A stretch of DNA of 64,000 nucleotides from Pontiella sp. (GCA_050290185.1 JBNKHE010000007.1:1-64000), one strand, 5' to 3'; shown: positions 38,943 to 48,904, numbered from the stretch's first letter. The notes: generated by a model from the sequence alone, not told the origin. Numbers and translations are program-made.

Positions 38943-39650
38943 ATGATGAATGCCTGGTCCGTCAGTTTTAATGAACCCGTTCCTTATCAGCAGGGGCTGG
39001 ATATCCAGCGCCGCCTGTTGAAGGCTCGCCAGGAAAACCGAATCCCCGATACCGTGCTGATCCTGCAGCACACCCCCGTCGTCACACTGGGCAACCGCGG
39101 GCGCGATAACTATCTGCTCAAGACCGAAGAGGAATACCGCGAACTGGGCATTGAGGTGTTCCATGCCGAACGTGGCGGTGACGTCACCTTTCACGGGCCG
39201 GGTCAGTGGGTGCTTTATCCCATCCTCTTTCTTGGCGGTAACGAAGCCGACTCGCACGGCTATCTCAACAATCTGGAAGAGATCGCCATCCGCACGCTGG
39301 GCGATTACGGCATCGAAGGCTTCCGGCGCGAAGGCAAGTCCGGTGCCTGGACTGATGCCGGCAAGATCGCGGCCATCGGGTTCCGCTTGAAGAAATGGGT
39401 TTCATTCCACGGCATGAGCTTCAACGTCTGCAACGACCTGATGGGATTTGATACCATCGTTCCCTGCGGACTTGTCGGGGAACCCGTTGCCACTATGAAA
39501 ACTATACTGGGTGATGCCCTTCCGGAAATGGACCTGGTCCGCGACTCCCTCCTTAATCATTTCTCCTCCGTTTGTAAACGTGAGTTGGAACGGTTCAAGG
39601 CGGATGGTGAGATGCCCCCCATTTTGCAGGACTTGGTGAGTGAAAAGTGA
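38943..39650 (+). CDS. lipB: Octanoyltransferase
   Basis: LQHTPVVTLG, RGGDVTFHGPGQ, KIAAIG, HGMSFNV, IVPCG. Confidence 0.95.
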   Translation: MMNAWSVSFNEPVPYQQGLDIQRRLLKARQENRIPDTVLILQHTPVVTLGNRGRDNYLLKTEEEYRELGIEVFHAERGGDVTFHGPGQWVLYPILFLGGNEADSHGYLNNLEEIAIRTLGDYGIEGFRREGKSGAWTDAGKIAAIGFRLKKWVSFHGMSFNVCNDLMGFDTIVPCGLVGEPVATMKTILGDALPEMDLVRDSLLNHFSSVCKRELERFKADGEMPPILQDLVSEK

Positions 39651-39724
39651 CGATGGAGTCGTGACTTTCTATTGATGGAAATCATGGGCCGCAAGGCATT
39701 CCACGCCTCACGCCTCACGCCTCA
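39641..39724. repeat. Mirrored TGANNNG heptamer arrays between convergent lipB and surE
   Basis: Plus strand period-7 TGAAAAG-TGACGAT-GGAGTCG-TGA (39641-39664); (CACGCCT)x3 at 39702-39722, which reads (TGAGGCG)x3 on the minus strand. Confidence 0.6.
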
Positions 39725-40483
39725 ATATTCCTCATTCCAACTGCCGACCTGTTCGAGGCATTGCTTGGCCGTGAGGTCGATATGGATGGGGGTGAGGGCG
39801 ACATAACCTTCCTTGACCAGCCGCTCGTCCGTTTCTGCATTGTCGTCGAGCATCTTCATGTCGCCGTCGAGCCAGTAGTACTTGTTGCCGCGCGGATCGC
39901 TATGCTCCGTGAATTTTTCAATGAAGCGCGAGCGGCCCATCTGACCAACCCGCATGCCCTTGAGTTGATCGAACGGAAGGTTGGGAATGTTGACATTGAG
40001 CAAAACACCGTCCGGCAGGGGATTGTCGGCCACCTTTGCCACGATGTCCGCCGCGACCTTGGCTGCGGTTTCCCAATGGGGGTTCTGGTAGGTACACAGG
40101 GAGAGGGCAACGGAGGGGACGCCAAGAATGGCGGCTTCGCTGGCAGCGGAAACGGTCCCGGAATAGAGTACGCTGATGCCGGTATTCGAACCAAGGTTGA
40201 TGCCGCTGACCACCAGGTCGGGAGGATTGTCCTTGTGCAGAAAACTCACGGCCAGTTTGACGCAGTCGGCCGGGGTGCCATCGACCGCGACACCCGACAA
40301 CCCGCTTTCATCTTCAACAGGCATGGTGCGGATTGGATCATAAATTGTAATCGCATGACCGGCAGCACTTCGTTCGGTGGCGGGTGCGCATACATGCAGC
40401 TCACCCAGATGGCCGATAGCCTGGTGGAGTTCCGCGATCCCGCGCGCATGGATGCCGTCATCGTTGCAAAGTAGAATTTTCAT
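39722..40483 (-). CDS. surE: 5'/3'-nucleotidase SurE
   Basis: MKILLCNDDGI, GTPADCVK, SGINLGSN, YSGTVSAA, LNVNIP, LTPI. Confidence 0.96.
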   Translation of the reverse strand: MKILLCNDDGIHARGIAELHQAIGHLGELHVCAPATERSAAGHAITIYDPIRTMPVEDESGLSGVAVDGTPADCVKLAVSFLHKDNPPDLVVSGINLGSNTGISVLYSGTVSAASEAAILGVPSVALSLCTYQNPHWETAAKVAADIVAKVADNPLPDGVLLNVNIPNLPFDQLKGMRVGQMGRSRFIEKFTEHSDPRGNKYYWLDGDMKMLDDNAETDERLVKEGYVALTPIHIDLTAKQCLEQVGSWNEEY

Positions 40484-40585
40484 GGAAAAGAATATGGCGG
40501 CCTCGACTTGAAACATCAATGCCGATAGAAAACAAACCTGCATTTCGCAGTGCATTGTTCCGGCGTTATTTGCAATCCTTCATCC

Positions 40586-41335
40586 ATGAATCTGATTCTA
40601 CTCCATGCCGATGAAGTTGATGCTGACGGTCGCTGCGAATTGACCGGGAATCGAGCGCGCCATGTTCGGAAGGTGCTCAAGGCTGATGTGGGCAAGACCC
40701 TGCGGATTGGCTTGATAAATGGTCCCTTGGGAACCGGCGAGGTGGACCGGGTGGATTCGGGCCACATTGGCATAAAATGCATTTTCGAAGCGGACGTACT
40801 GCCCAAACCGCGTATCGATCTGTTGCTTGCCATGCCGAGGCCGAAGGTAATGAAACGCCTCTGGGCGCAGCTGGCTGCGCTGGGGGTGGGGCGGATCGTA
40901 CTGCTGCGGGCCGACAAGGTGGAGCGCTACTATTTCGATAGTCATGTGCTGGAGCCGGACTTCTACAATGAACTGTTGATTGAAGGATTGCAGCAGGCGC
41001 GTTGCACCCATCTGCCAGAGGTGCTGATCAGACCTTTGTTCAAGCCCTTCGTGGAAGATGAGCTGGATCCTGTTTTTGGTGATCATCTCAAACTGCTGGC
41101 CGATCCTTCCGGAAAGAAGCGGTTGGGCGACTTTTTCGCTTCCACTGCGGATTTCGAACGAACCATCCTCGCTATTGGACCGGAAGGTGGCTGGACACCC
41201 TATGAACTGGATCGGCTTCAGGAGCGTGGTTTTCAACTCTTCGGCATGGGCCGACGTATTCTGCGGACCGATACCGCAACCGTTAGCCTGATCGCACTAC
41301 TTGCTGAATATTCAATTCGGGACTATACTTATTAA
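40586..41335 (+). CDS. rsmE: 16S rRNA m3U1498 methyltransferase
   Basis: HVRKVL, EGLQQA, AIGPEGGW, GRRILRTDTA. Confidence 0.92.
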   Translation: MNLILLHADEVDADGRCELTGNRARHVRKVLKADVGKTLRIGLINGPLGTGEVDRVDSGHIGIKCIFEADVLPKPRIDLLLAMPRPKVMKRLWAQLAALGVGRIVLLRADKVERYYFDSHVLEPDFYNELLIEGLQQARCTHLPEVLIRPLFKPFVEDELDPVFGDHLKLLADPSGKKRLGDFFASTADFERTILAIGPEGGWTPYELDRLQERGFQLFGMGRRILRTDTATVSLIALLAEYSIRDYTY

Positions 41336-41455
41336 ATAGTGAACACGATGGGGCATCGATGGGGTTGGTGACTATTCTTTCCGTACTCGGACTCCATATA
41401 AATACGGGAATTCAGGGAGGATATTTAACTCTATCCTTGTCGCCTTGGCCTAATT

Positions 41456-41471
41456 CGATATATTTATATCG
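41456..41471. promoter_or_regulatory. Palindromic candidate operator upstream of hoxF
   Basis: CGATATA-TT-TATATCG, perfect 7-bp arms, about 50 nt before the hoxF start. Confidence 0.3.
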
Positions 41472-41518
41472 TATAGAGAGACTGTTGGATAAAACCCTTT
41501 GTCGAGAGGAGAGGATCC

Positions 41519-43333
41519 ATGAGCGAGCTGATACTGACGATCAAGGAAATCTGCGCAAAATACGGCAACGACCGAGCACGGTTGATGGATATGGTGCGGG
41601 AGGTGCAAGAAACATTCGACCATGTCCCTCGCGAGGCATTCGACCTTATCGCAAAGGAGGCGAAGACGCATCGAGTTGAGGTGGAAAGTGTCGTTTCTTT
41701 CTATGCGTTCCTGTCCGACAAGAAGCAGGGAGAGGTCGTCATCCGGCTTTGCGATGATATTATTGACCGCTTTCAAGGGAGTAGCGAGGTGGGCGAGACG
41801 CTCTGCAAGGAGCTGAACATTGACTTCGGCGAAACCACTCAGGATGGATGCATCACGCTTGAGAAGACGCCGTGTATTGGTATGAGCGATCAGGCTCCGG
41901 CAATGATGGTTAACGACACCGTCGTTACCAACCTGACCCCGGATAAGATCCCTCATCTGGTAAAACAGCTACGAAAGAATCCCGATCCGAGGGCGCTGGT
42001 GACAGAAGTTGGCGACGGCAACAATGCCGACCCTCTGGTCATGCAAATGGTAAAAAACAATATTTGCGTGGCTGGAACCGTAATCCTTTCTGATTACCGC
42101 AAAGACAGCGGTCTGCGCAAGGCATTGACCCAAACCCCCGAAGAGGTAATCGAAGACGTCAAGGGTTCCGGGCTTCGCGGCCGCGGCGGGGCGGGATTTC
42201 TGACTGGTTTTAAATGGGAACTGACCCGGCAGGCAGCCGGAACCGAAAAGTTCGTCCTTTGCAATGCCGACGAAGGAGAGCCGGGCACGTTCAAGGACCG
42301 CGTGTTGCTGACCGAGCGTGCCGACCTGGTGCTGGAAGGCATGACGGTGGCGGCCTACGCCATCGGTGCAGAAACGGGTATTATCTATCTTCGCGGCGAA
42401 TACGCCTATCTACGCGCATTCCTTGAGGACAAGATGAACCAGCGGCGCAGTGCCAACCTGCTCGGAAACAATATTCTCGACAAAGAAGGCTTTAATTTTG
42501 ACGTCCGGATTCAGATGGGTGCCGGAGCATATGTGTGCGGCGAGGAAACCTCGCTCATCAGTTCGTGTGAAGGCACACGCGGCGATCCGACCGACCGCAC
42601 GCCGTTCCCGGTGGTGAAAGGCTACATGGTTTCACCAACAGCCGTAAACAATGTAGAAAGCTACTGTTGCGCCGCGCGGATTATGGACAAAGGGCCGGGT
42701 TGGTTTTCCTCCCTCGGCACCGAACGCAGTGCAGGGACCAAGCTGCTCAGCGTCTGCGGCGATTGTGCGCGTCCGGGTATCTACGAAGTGGAGTTCGGTA
42801 CCAAGCTGCGCGAAGTTCTTGACCTTGCAGGAGCGGAGGATGTGGCTTGTGTCTGCGTGGGCGGCCCCTCCGGACAGATGGTGGGTCCGGCCCAATTCGA
42901 CCTGGGCATCAGCTACGAGGAACTCTCGACCGGCGGCTCGATGATGGTTTTCAGCAATCGGCGCGACATCCTCGAGGTAGCCGAAGCGTTCATGGAATTC
43001 TTCGTGGATGAAAGCTGTGGCTACTGCGTACCTTGCCGTGTCGGCAACGTGCTGTTGAAGAATCGACTGGAACGCGTTCGCAAGGGCGAGGGAGCACAGG
43101 GTGATCTCGACTATCTGCAACGCTTGGGCGAGAGCATCAAGTTCTCCAGCCGCTGCGGGCTGGGGCAGACCTCGCCCAATCCGATTCTCTCTACGTTGAA
43201 AAACTTTCGCCCCGTCTACAATGCCTTGGTCAAGGATGACAAAAGCGGGCTCAACAAGTCGTTCAACATCATGAAAGCCGTCGAGGAGGCCAGTGCCATC
43301 GCCGGCCGCCGTTCTGAAATTTTCCATGCCTAG
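41519..43333 (+). CDS. hoxF: NAD-reducing [NiFe]-hydrogenase diaphorase large subunit (NuoE-like plus NuoF-like)
   Basis: GLRGRGGAGF, CNADEGEPGTFKDR, GAGAYVCGEET, ESCGYCVPCR, RCGLG. Confidence 0.95.
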   Translation: MSELILTIKEICAKYGNDRARLMDMVREVQETFDHVPREAFDLIAKEAKTHRVEVESVVSFYAFLSDKKQGEVVIRLCDDIIDRFQGSSEVGETLCKELNIDFGETTQDGCITLEKTPCIGMSDQAPAMMVNDTVVTNLTPDKIPHLVKQLRKNPDPRALVTEVGDGNNADPLVMQMVKNNICVAGTVILSDYRKDSGLRKALTQTPEEVIEDVKGSGLRGRGGAGFLTGFKWELTRQAAGTEKFVLCNADEGEPGTFKDRVLLTERADLVLEGMTVAAYAIGAETGIIYLRGEYAYLRAFLEDKMNQRRSANLLGNNILDKEGFNFDVRIQMGAGAYVCGEETSLISSCEGTRGDPTDRTPFPVVKGYMVSPTAVNNVESYCCAARIMDKGPGWFSSLGTERSAGTKLLSVCGDCARPGIYEVEFGTKLREVLDLAGAEDVACVCVGGPSGQMVGPAQFDLGISYEELSTGGSMMVFSNRRDILEVAEAFMEFFVDESCGYCVPCRVGNVLLKNRLERVRKGEGAQGDLDYLQRLGESIKFSSRCGLGQTSPNPILSTLKNFRPVYNALVKDDKSGLNKSFNIMKAVEEASAIAGRRSEIFHA

Positions 43334-43343
43334 GAGGAATATT

Positions 43344-44051
43344 ATGAGCGATATGGTGAAAATTACGATCGATGGAAAAGAAATCGAAGCAACGGCCGGA
43401 CAGACCATCATGGAAGCTGCGGATGCGGCGGGGATTTATATCCCTCGCCTCTGTTCCCATCCGGATTTGAAGCCGATCGGTAGCTGCCGTGTTTGTACGG
43501 TCATCTGCGACGGCCGCCCGCAGGCCGCCTGTGTCAAGCCGGTGATGGAGGGCATGGTAATCCAGAACGACACCCCCGAGCTGCTGCAGCATCGACGAAA
43601 CATCATCGACATGATGTTTGTGGAGGGGAACCATTTCTGCATGTTCTGCGAAAAGAGCGGCAACTGCGAGCTGCAGGCGTTGGCCTACCGCTTCGGGATT
43701 ACGGCCCCGCAATATCCTTTTCAATTTCCCGAGAAGGAGGTCGATGCCTCTCATCCGGATATCATGCTCGACCACAACCGCTGCATCATGTGTGCGCGCT
43801 GTGTGCGCGCATCGCAGGAGCTCGATGGAAAGAATGTGTTCCAGTCGATCGGTCGCGGGTTCAATAGAAAGATCGGTGTCAACGGCGAGAAGGCGCTCGG
43901 GGATACCGATATGGCAGTCATCGACAAGGCCGCAGAAATTTGTCCGGTCGGATGCATTATCAAGAAGCGCGTCGGTTTTGAAGTCCCGGTCGGACAGCGG
44001 CTGTACGACAAGGAACCGATCGGTTCCGATATCGAGGAGGTGCGGTCATGA
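43344..44051 (+). CDS. hoxU: NAD-reducing hydrogenase diaphorase Fe-S subunit
   Basis: IPRLC...GSCRVC...C ([2Fe-2S]); HFCMFCEKSGNC; RCIMCARC...CPVG. Confidence 0.95.
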   Translation: MSDMVKITIDGKEIEATAGQTIMEAADAAGIYIPRLCSHPDLKPIGSCRVCTVICDGRPQAACVKPVMEGMVIQNDTPELLQHRRNIIDMMFVEGNHFCMFCEKSGNCELQALAYRFGITAPQYPFQFPEKEVDASHPDIMLDHNRCIMCARCVRASQELDGKNVFQSIGRGFNRKIGVNGEKALGDTDMAVIDKAAEICPVGCIIKKRVGFEVPVGQRLYDKEPIGSDIEEVRS

Positions 44052-44593
44052 GCAAACCCCGGGTTGCCACTACTTCACTGGCCGGCTGTTTCGGCTGCCA
44101 TATGTCGTTGCTCGATATCGACGAGCGCATTCTCGAGCTGATCGAGCTGATCGACTTCGACCGCTCGCCGGTTGATGATTTCAAGCACATCACGCAACGC
44201 TGCGCCATCGGTTTGATTGAAGGCGGATGTTGCAACGAAGAAAACGTGCATGTACTGCACGAGTTCAGAGAAAACTGCGACATCCTGATTTCGTTCGGTG
44301 ATTGCGCCACGATGGGCGGCATTCCCGCCATGCGGAATAATATTCCGCTGGGAGAATGCATCAATGAAGCCTATCTCGACGGTATAACCGTCTACAACCC
44401 CAAGGGCATCGTGCCGCAGGATCCGGAGATTCCGTTGCTTCTCGACAAGGTGTATCCCGCGCATGAAGTCGTGAAAATCGACTATTTCCTGCCCGGTTGC
44501 CCGCCATCGGCCGATACGCTGTGGGCGGCGCTCACCGCCTTGCTTACCGACCAGCCAGTCGAGCTTCCGTACGAACTGCTGAAATACGACTAG
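44048..44593 (+). CDS. hoxY: NAD-reducing hydrogenase small subunit
   Basis: GCFGCHMS, EGG, GDCA..GG, PGCPP. Confidence 0.95.
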   Translation: MSKPRVATTSLAGCFGCHMSLLDIDERILELIELIDFDRSPVDDFKHITQRCAIGLIEGGCCNEENVHVLHEFRENCDILISFGDCATMGGIPAMRNNIPLGECINEAYLDGITVYNPKGIVPQDPEIPLLLDKVYPAHEVVKIDYFLPGCPPSADTLWAALTALLTDQPVELPYELLKYD

Positions 44594-44603
44594 GAGATTT
44601 ACG

Positions 44604-46034
44604 ATGAGTACAAAGAAAATCACGATCGAGCCGGTAACACGCGTAGAAGGACATGGAAAAGTGACTATCCTGCTGGATGAAGCAGGTCAAGTCAGCCAGG
44701 CGCGGTTGCACATTGTCGAATTCCGCGGCTTCGAACGTTTCATCCAGGGGCGGCCGTATTGGGAAATTCCGGTTCTGGTTCAGCGTTTGTGCGGCATATG
44801 TCCGGTCAGTCACCACCTCGCCGCCGCCAAGGCGATGGATGGCATCGTGGGCGTGGATCAGTTGACGCCGACGGCGGAAAAAATGCGCCGCCTGATGCAC
44901 TATGGACAAACCTTCCAGAGCCATGCATTGCACTTCTTCCATCTGGTGTCGCCCGATCTTCTTTTCGGGTTCGATGCGGACCCCGCTGAGCGCAATGTAA
45001 TTGGCGTTGCAAAAAAGTTTCCGGATCTCGCGGTGCAGGGCGTGATGATGCGCAAGTATGGCCAGGAAATCATCAAGGCTACGGCCGGCAAGAAAATTCA
45101 CGGAACGGGCGCCATCCCCGGTGGAATCAATAAGAATCTTTCGATCGGAGAGCGCGACGGTTTCCTGAAGGATATCGATCAGATGCTCGAATGGTGCCGG
45201 GCTTCGCTGAAGATTGCCAAGGATTACACGTTGGAGCATATCGATGAACTGGCTGATTTTAGCTCCTTCGATTCCAATCACGTCAGTCTGGTTCGCGAAG
45301 ACGGGGCGATGGATCTTTATCATGGAAATCTGCGGGCGATTGACGCGAAAGCGGAGAAGATATTCGACCAGGTGGATTATCAGGAATATTTCAAGTATAT
45401 CGCCGAAGAGGTGAAACCGTGGTCCTACATGAAATTTCCGTTCATTTCCTCGTTGGGGCCGGAAACCGGCTGGTACCGGGTGGGTCCGCTGTCGCGCATT
45501 AATGCCTGCGACTTTATCGACACCCCCGAAGCCGAAGCCGCACGAAAGGACTTCCTCTCCATTACCGGCGGCAAGCCGAATAACATGACCATGGCCTATC
45601 ACTGGGCACGAATGATCGAACTGCTTCACGCCGGTGAAAAAATCCGAGAGCTACTGAACGATCCGGATCTGCAAGGCACGGATCTCGTTGTGAAGGGCGA
45701 GCGCCGGAGTGAATCGGTTGGGTTGATCGAGGCGCCGCGCGGTACACTGTTCCATCATTACAAGGTCGATGAAAACGATCAGGTAACGATGGCCAACCTG
45801 ATTGTCGCGACGACCAACAACAATACGCCGATGAATCTGGCGGTGGAAGGGGTTGCCCGCAAATACCTCTCCGGTGCGGAAATCACCGAAGGCCTGCTTA
45901 ACCGGGTCGAGGTGGCGATCCGCGCCTACGATCCATGTCTTTCCTGCGCCACCCACGCCATGGGCCAGATGCCGCTGATCATCGAACTTGAAGACGCCGA
46001 AGGAAATACCCTCGACCGGAGAGTGCGCGATTAG
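44604..46034 (+). CDS. hoxH: Group 3d [NiFe]-hydrogenase large subunit
   Basis: TRVEGH, RGFE, L1 QRLCGICPVSH, EAPRG, L2 DPCLSCATH followed by a cleavable C-terminal extension. Confidence 0.96.
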   Translation: MSTKKITIEPVTRVEGHGKVTILLDEAGQVSQARLHIVEFRGFERFIQGRPYWEIPVLVQRLCGICPVSHHLAAAKAMDGIVGVDQLTPTAEKMRRLMHYGQTFQSHALHFFHLVSPDLLFGFDADPAERNVIGVAKKFPDLAVQGVMMRKYGQEIIKATAGKKIHGTGAIPGGINKNLSIGERDGFLKDIDQMLEWCRASLKIAKDYTLEHIDELADFSSFDSNHVSLVREDGAMDLYHGNLRAIDAKAEKIFDQVDYQEYFKYIAEEVKPWSYMKFPFISSLGPETGWYRVGPLSRINACDFIDTPEAEAARKDFLSITGGKPNNMTMAYHWARMIELLHAGEKIRELLNDPDLQGTDLVVKGERRSESVGLIEAPRGTLFHHYKVDENDQVTMANLIVATTNNNTPMNLAVEGVARKYLSGAEITEGLLNRVEVAIRAYDPCLSCATHAMGQMPLIIELEDAEGNTLDRRVRD

Positions 46035-46476
46035 CATTCTAGTCATAGGATATGGAAATCCGGGTCGTCTGGACGATGGCCTGGGGCCTGCATTTGCCGA
46101 GCAGATTGAATCCCTCGGATTGCCGGACATGACTGTAGAATCCAACTATCAACTCAACATCGAAGATGCCGAGCTGATATCAAACTACGATGTCGTGATT
46201 TTTGCCGATGCATCCGTCGCCGCCGTCGAGCCGTTTGAATTTAAGCCGATGATCGCAAAGAATCCAGTCGTTGGATTTTCCAGTCACAGCATCAGCGCCG
46301 AATCGCTGCTCGGTCTTGCCGAGCAGTTGTTTGGGAAAAGACCCGTTGCATACGCCATGGCCATTCGGGGCTATGCGTTCGATGAATTTGGCGAACAGCT
46401 GTCTGAATCAGCTGAGGCTAATCTGGCCGTTGCAGAAGAATTTTTCCGGAAGTGGGTGGAAGCAATAGCACGTTAG
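45988..46476 (+). CDS. hoxW: Hydrogenase maturation endopeptidase (HoxW-like)
   Basis: LVIGYGNPGRLDDGLG, IFADA, SSH; directly follows hoxH. Start codon is uncertain. Confidence 0.85.
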   Translation: MKTPKEIPSTGECAISILVIGYGNPGRLDDGLGPAFAEQIESLGLPDMTVESNYQLNIEDAELISNYDVVIFADASVAAVEPFEFKPMIAKNPVVGFSSHSISAESLLGLAEQLFGKRPVAYAMAIRGYAFDEFGEQLSESAEANLAVAEEFFRKWVEAIAR

Positions 46477-46755
46477 CTCGTTCTGTGCCCTTGCATTCCG
46501 GTGATTCCTCGCTTGGCAGAGCCACCTGCCAAACGTCTTTCGACGCCAATCTCCTTTTCCGGAGAGCACTTCGTATTCATTCGCGATCGTACGTCGGTAT
46601 GATTTTTAATGTTTAAATATGTAAACTATTGGACCGCCGCAGGCCATTGTCATTCCCCGCATCTTGCGTAGCATTTTCTCACGATGAATTTGGTTTGGAG
46701 TTGATGCTTAATCCATCGGCTAGTGCTTCAATGCAAGGTGAAATGGAAGGTCGCT

Positions 46756-48660
46756 ATGGCGAAAATGTTCAATAGACCGAAGAAGGCAAACAAGGGTGCA
46801 CCGAGCGGTCTTGTGATCAGCCTGATATTCCATGCGGCGGCGTTTTTTATTGCCGGTCTGTTCGTTATTTTCACGGTGGTCAACGCTCCGGAACCCGAGT
46901 TCGAAGCGCCTCCGCCGATAGAGCGCCCGAAGATGAAGCTCAAAAAACCAAAGGTGAAGGTCAAGAAAAGTTCCAACCCCAAGCCTTCGTCACGGATCGT
47001 GGCCAAGGTCAAAACCAAGCAGATGCCTGAGATCCAGCTTCCCGACCTGATGGGGACAGGCGAGGGGTTGCTCGGCGGAACCGGGATGGGCGGCGAATTC
47101 ATGGATCTGCCCGAAGTCAAGGAGTTGACCATTTTCGGCACCGAGATGACCACGGGAAATGATCTGGTCGGCACCTTCTTCGACTTTAAGCGAACCAGTA
47201 GTGGCCTGAGCAAGCCTGTTAATATCGACCACTATGTACGTCCGTATATGATGGACGAAGTCATGCTCGATTTTCTGGAGAACGACTGGGATGTCTCGGT
47301 GTGGAATAAATATTATCATTCTCCGAAAAAGCTCTATGCCTCCACTATCTGCATCGGATGCACCGATTCCGTCGCAGCACCAGAAGCCTTCGGAGAAGAT
47401 ACCGAGGGATACGCGTGGGCGATTCTCTATCGCGGCAAGCTGGTTTATCCGGAGGATATCAAATTCCGGTTCAGAGGGGCTGGTGTACCTATTGCGGTGC
47501 GGGTAGATGGCAAGGTAGTGCTGATGTGCACCTTCCATTCCCAGGGAGCCGAGCAGTTTTATTATCCGATATGGAAATCGAGCGCGGGTGACACATTTAC
47601 CTATGCGATGGGGAACAACAAACAGGAAATCGGAGACTGGATCGAGTTGAAAGGTGGGGAGCCCGTCGATATCGAGGTTCTCATTGCGGATTTGGAGGGC
47701 GGGGTGATTACCGCCATGCTGGGGGTTGAGGTCGAAGGAGAAGAGTATCCACGGAACCCCTACGGTGGCGGCCCCACCATTCCTGTTTTCAAGACAGACA
47801 ACCTGACCCGTGCGCAGATCGATGCCCTCTATGTTGATGTCTTTCCCGGTGATGTTTGTCTAACCAACGGGCCGGTGTTCTGTGATTATGTGCCTAAGCC
47901 GATCATACTTGACGAATCGCCCGTAACGAATCGCCCGAAGGTGTTCTTGAAGGACGCGCTCAAGACTATGCGTGCATGGACTAGTTCCGAAGGGAAGACG
48001 CTCGAAGGGAAGTTGCTGATCGATGCCAATGATTACATCCTGCTGGAAAGCAATGATGGGCAAAAGAAGGTTCCGAAAACGCTATTGTCTGAAGACGATC
48101 TTAAGTTCCTGGACATGGCAACGCCGCCGCAGTTCAAGATCGAGTTTTCCAAGAGAAGCGAGCAAGTGGATATGACCCGGAAGGCCAATCCCAATGTGGG
48201 GATCATCGGTGCTTTGGCGGTCTTCAACTACACGTTTGGCGTCAAGATGAAATGCAGCGGAAAAATCGACTACGACCATCCGCTGACCGTCGAGTATTTT
48301 GCCATCGGAGGGGAAATCAACGGTGATGAGTATATCCTGCTGGACCGGAAATCCAGTATCATCACGCCGGGGGTCGCAAAAAAGTTTTCGTATGAGTTCC
48401 ATGGCCGCCCGGTGCGGCTCAAAAAATATGCATACCGGGCCGGCTCTCCATTTCACGGAAGGCGGACGGACGGTTACCTGATCGTCGTGACTGATGAAGA
48501 GGACAGGATTGTTCAATACAAGACCTCGAACAAATTCCTGTTCGATAATCTGGACAAGCTAAAGAGGCTTCCGGTGAATGCTTTTTTCGATAAAAACGGT
48601 GACAGGGCCTATCCGACTCGTCCCACCGATGCCGACCGACCGTCATGGACCCTGATGTAA
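46756..48660 (+). CDS. Membrane-anchored protein with Pro/Lys-rich linker, PA14-like and SHD1-like domains
   Basis: TM helix LVISLIFHAAAFFIAGLFVIF; PPPIERPKMKLKKPKVKVKK; LVGTFFDFK...FRFRG...VRVDGK (PA14-like); RAWTSSEGKTLEG...LSEDD (SHD1-like). Confidence 0.75.
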   Translation: MAKMFNRPKKANKGAPSGLVISLIFHAAAFFIAGLFVIFTVVNAPEPEFEAPPPIERPKMKLKKPKVKVKKSSNPKPSSRIVAKVKTKQMPEIQLPDLMGTGEGLLGGTGMGGEFMDLPEVKELTIFGTEMTTGNDLVGTFFDFKRTSSGLSKPVNIDHYVRPYMMDEVMLDFLENDWDVSVWNKYYHSPKKLYASTICIGCTDSVAAPEAFGEDTEGYAWAILYRGKLVYPEDIKFRFRGAGVPIAVRVDGKVVLMCTFHSQGAEQFYYPIWKSSAGDTFTYAMGNNKQEIGDWIELKGGEPVDIEVLIADLEGGVITAMLGVEVEGEEYPRNPYGGGPTIPVFKTDNLTRAQIDALYVDVFPGDVCLTNGPVFCDYVPKPIILDESPVTNRPKVFLKDALKTMRAWTSSEGKTLEGKLLIDANDYILLESNDGQKKVPKTLLSEDDLKFLDMATPPQFKIEFSKRSEQVDMTRKANPNVGIIGALAVFNYTFGVKMKCSGKIDYDHPLTVEYFAIGGEINGDEYILLDRKSSIITPGVAKKFSYEFHGRPVRLKKYAYRAGSPFHGRRTDGYLIVVTDEEDRIVQYKTSNKFLFDNLDKLKRLPVNAFFDKNGDRAYPTRPTDADRPSWTLM

Positions 48661-48904
48661 GCCCATTTGGTTTATGGGCGGTCTGTGCGCTCCATAAAAA
48701 GTTCTTGTACATGGGTGTTGGGATAGCGATGTAAGTTCAAAGCTTAATTAAGTATTGGTATATATCAATGCGTGGTGGTGGGCATATCCGTAGACATAGT
48801 TTCATTGATCTACCCATAACGATGTTTTGTATGGGTATGATACTTGGACTGCAAAATTTGCAGTCCGCCTGTTTCCAAGGAGAAGCGTGGTGAGTTCGGG
48901 GTCA

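Noticed and set aside
44544..45629. 361-aa minus-strand ORF and similar antisense ORFs over hox, cyt b, mscS and kdgK
   Set aside because: They lie opposite well-supported genes and have no domain signatures.
44604..46034. Selenocysteine-containing [NiFeSe] hydrogenase or recoding
   Set aside because: Both L1 and L2 motifs have ordinary Cys codons, with no in-frame TGA.
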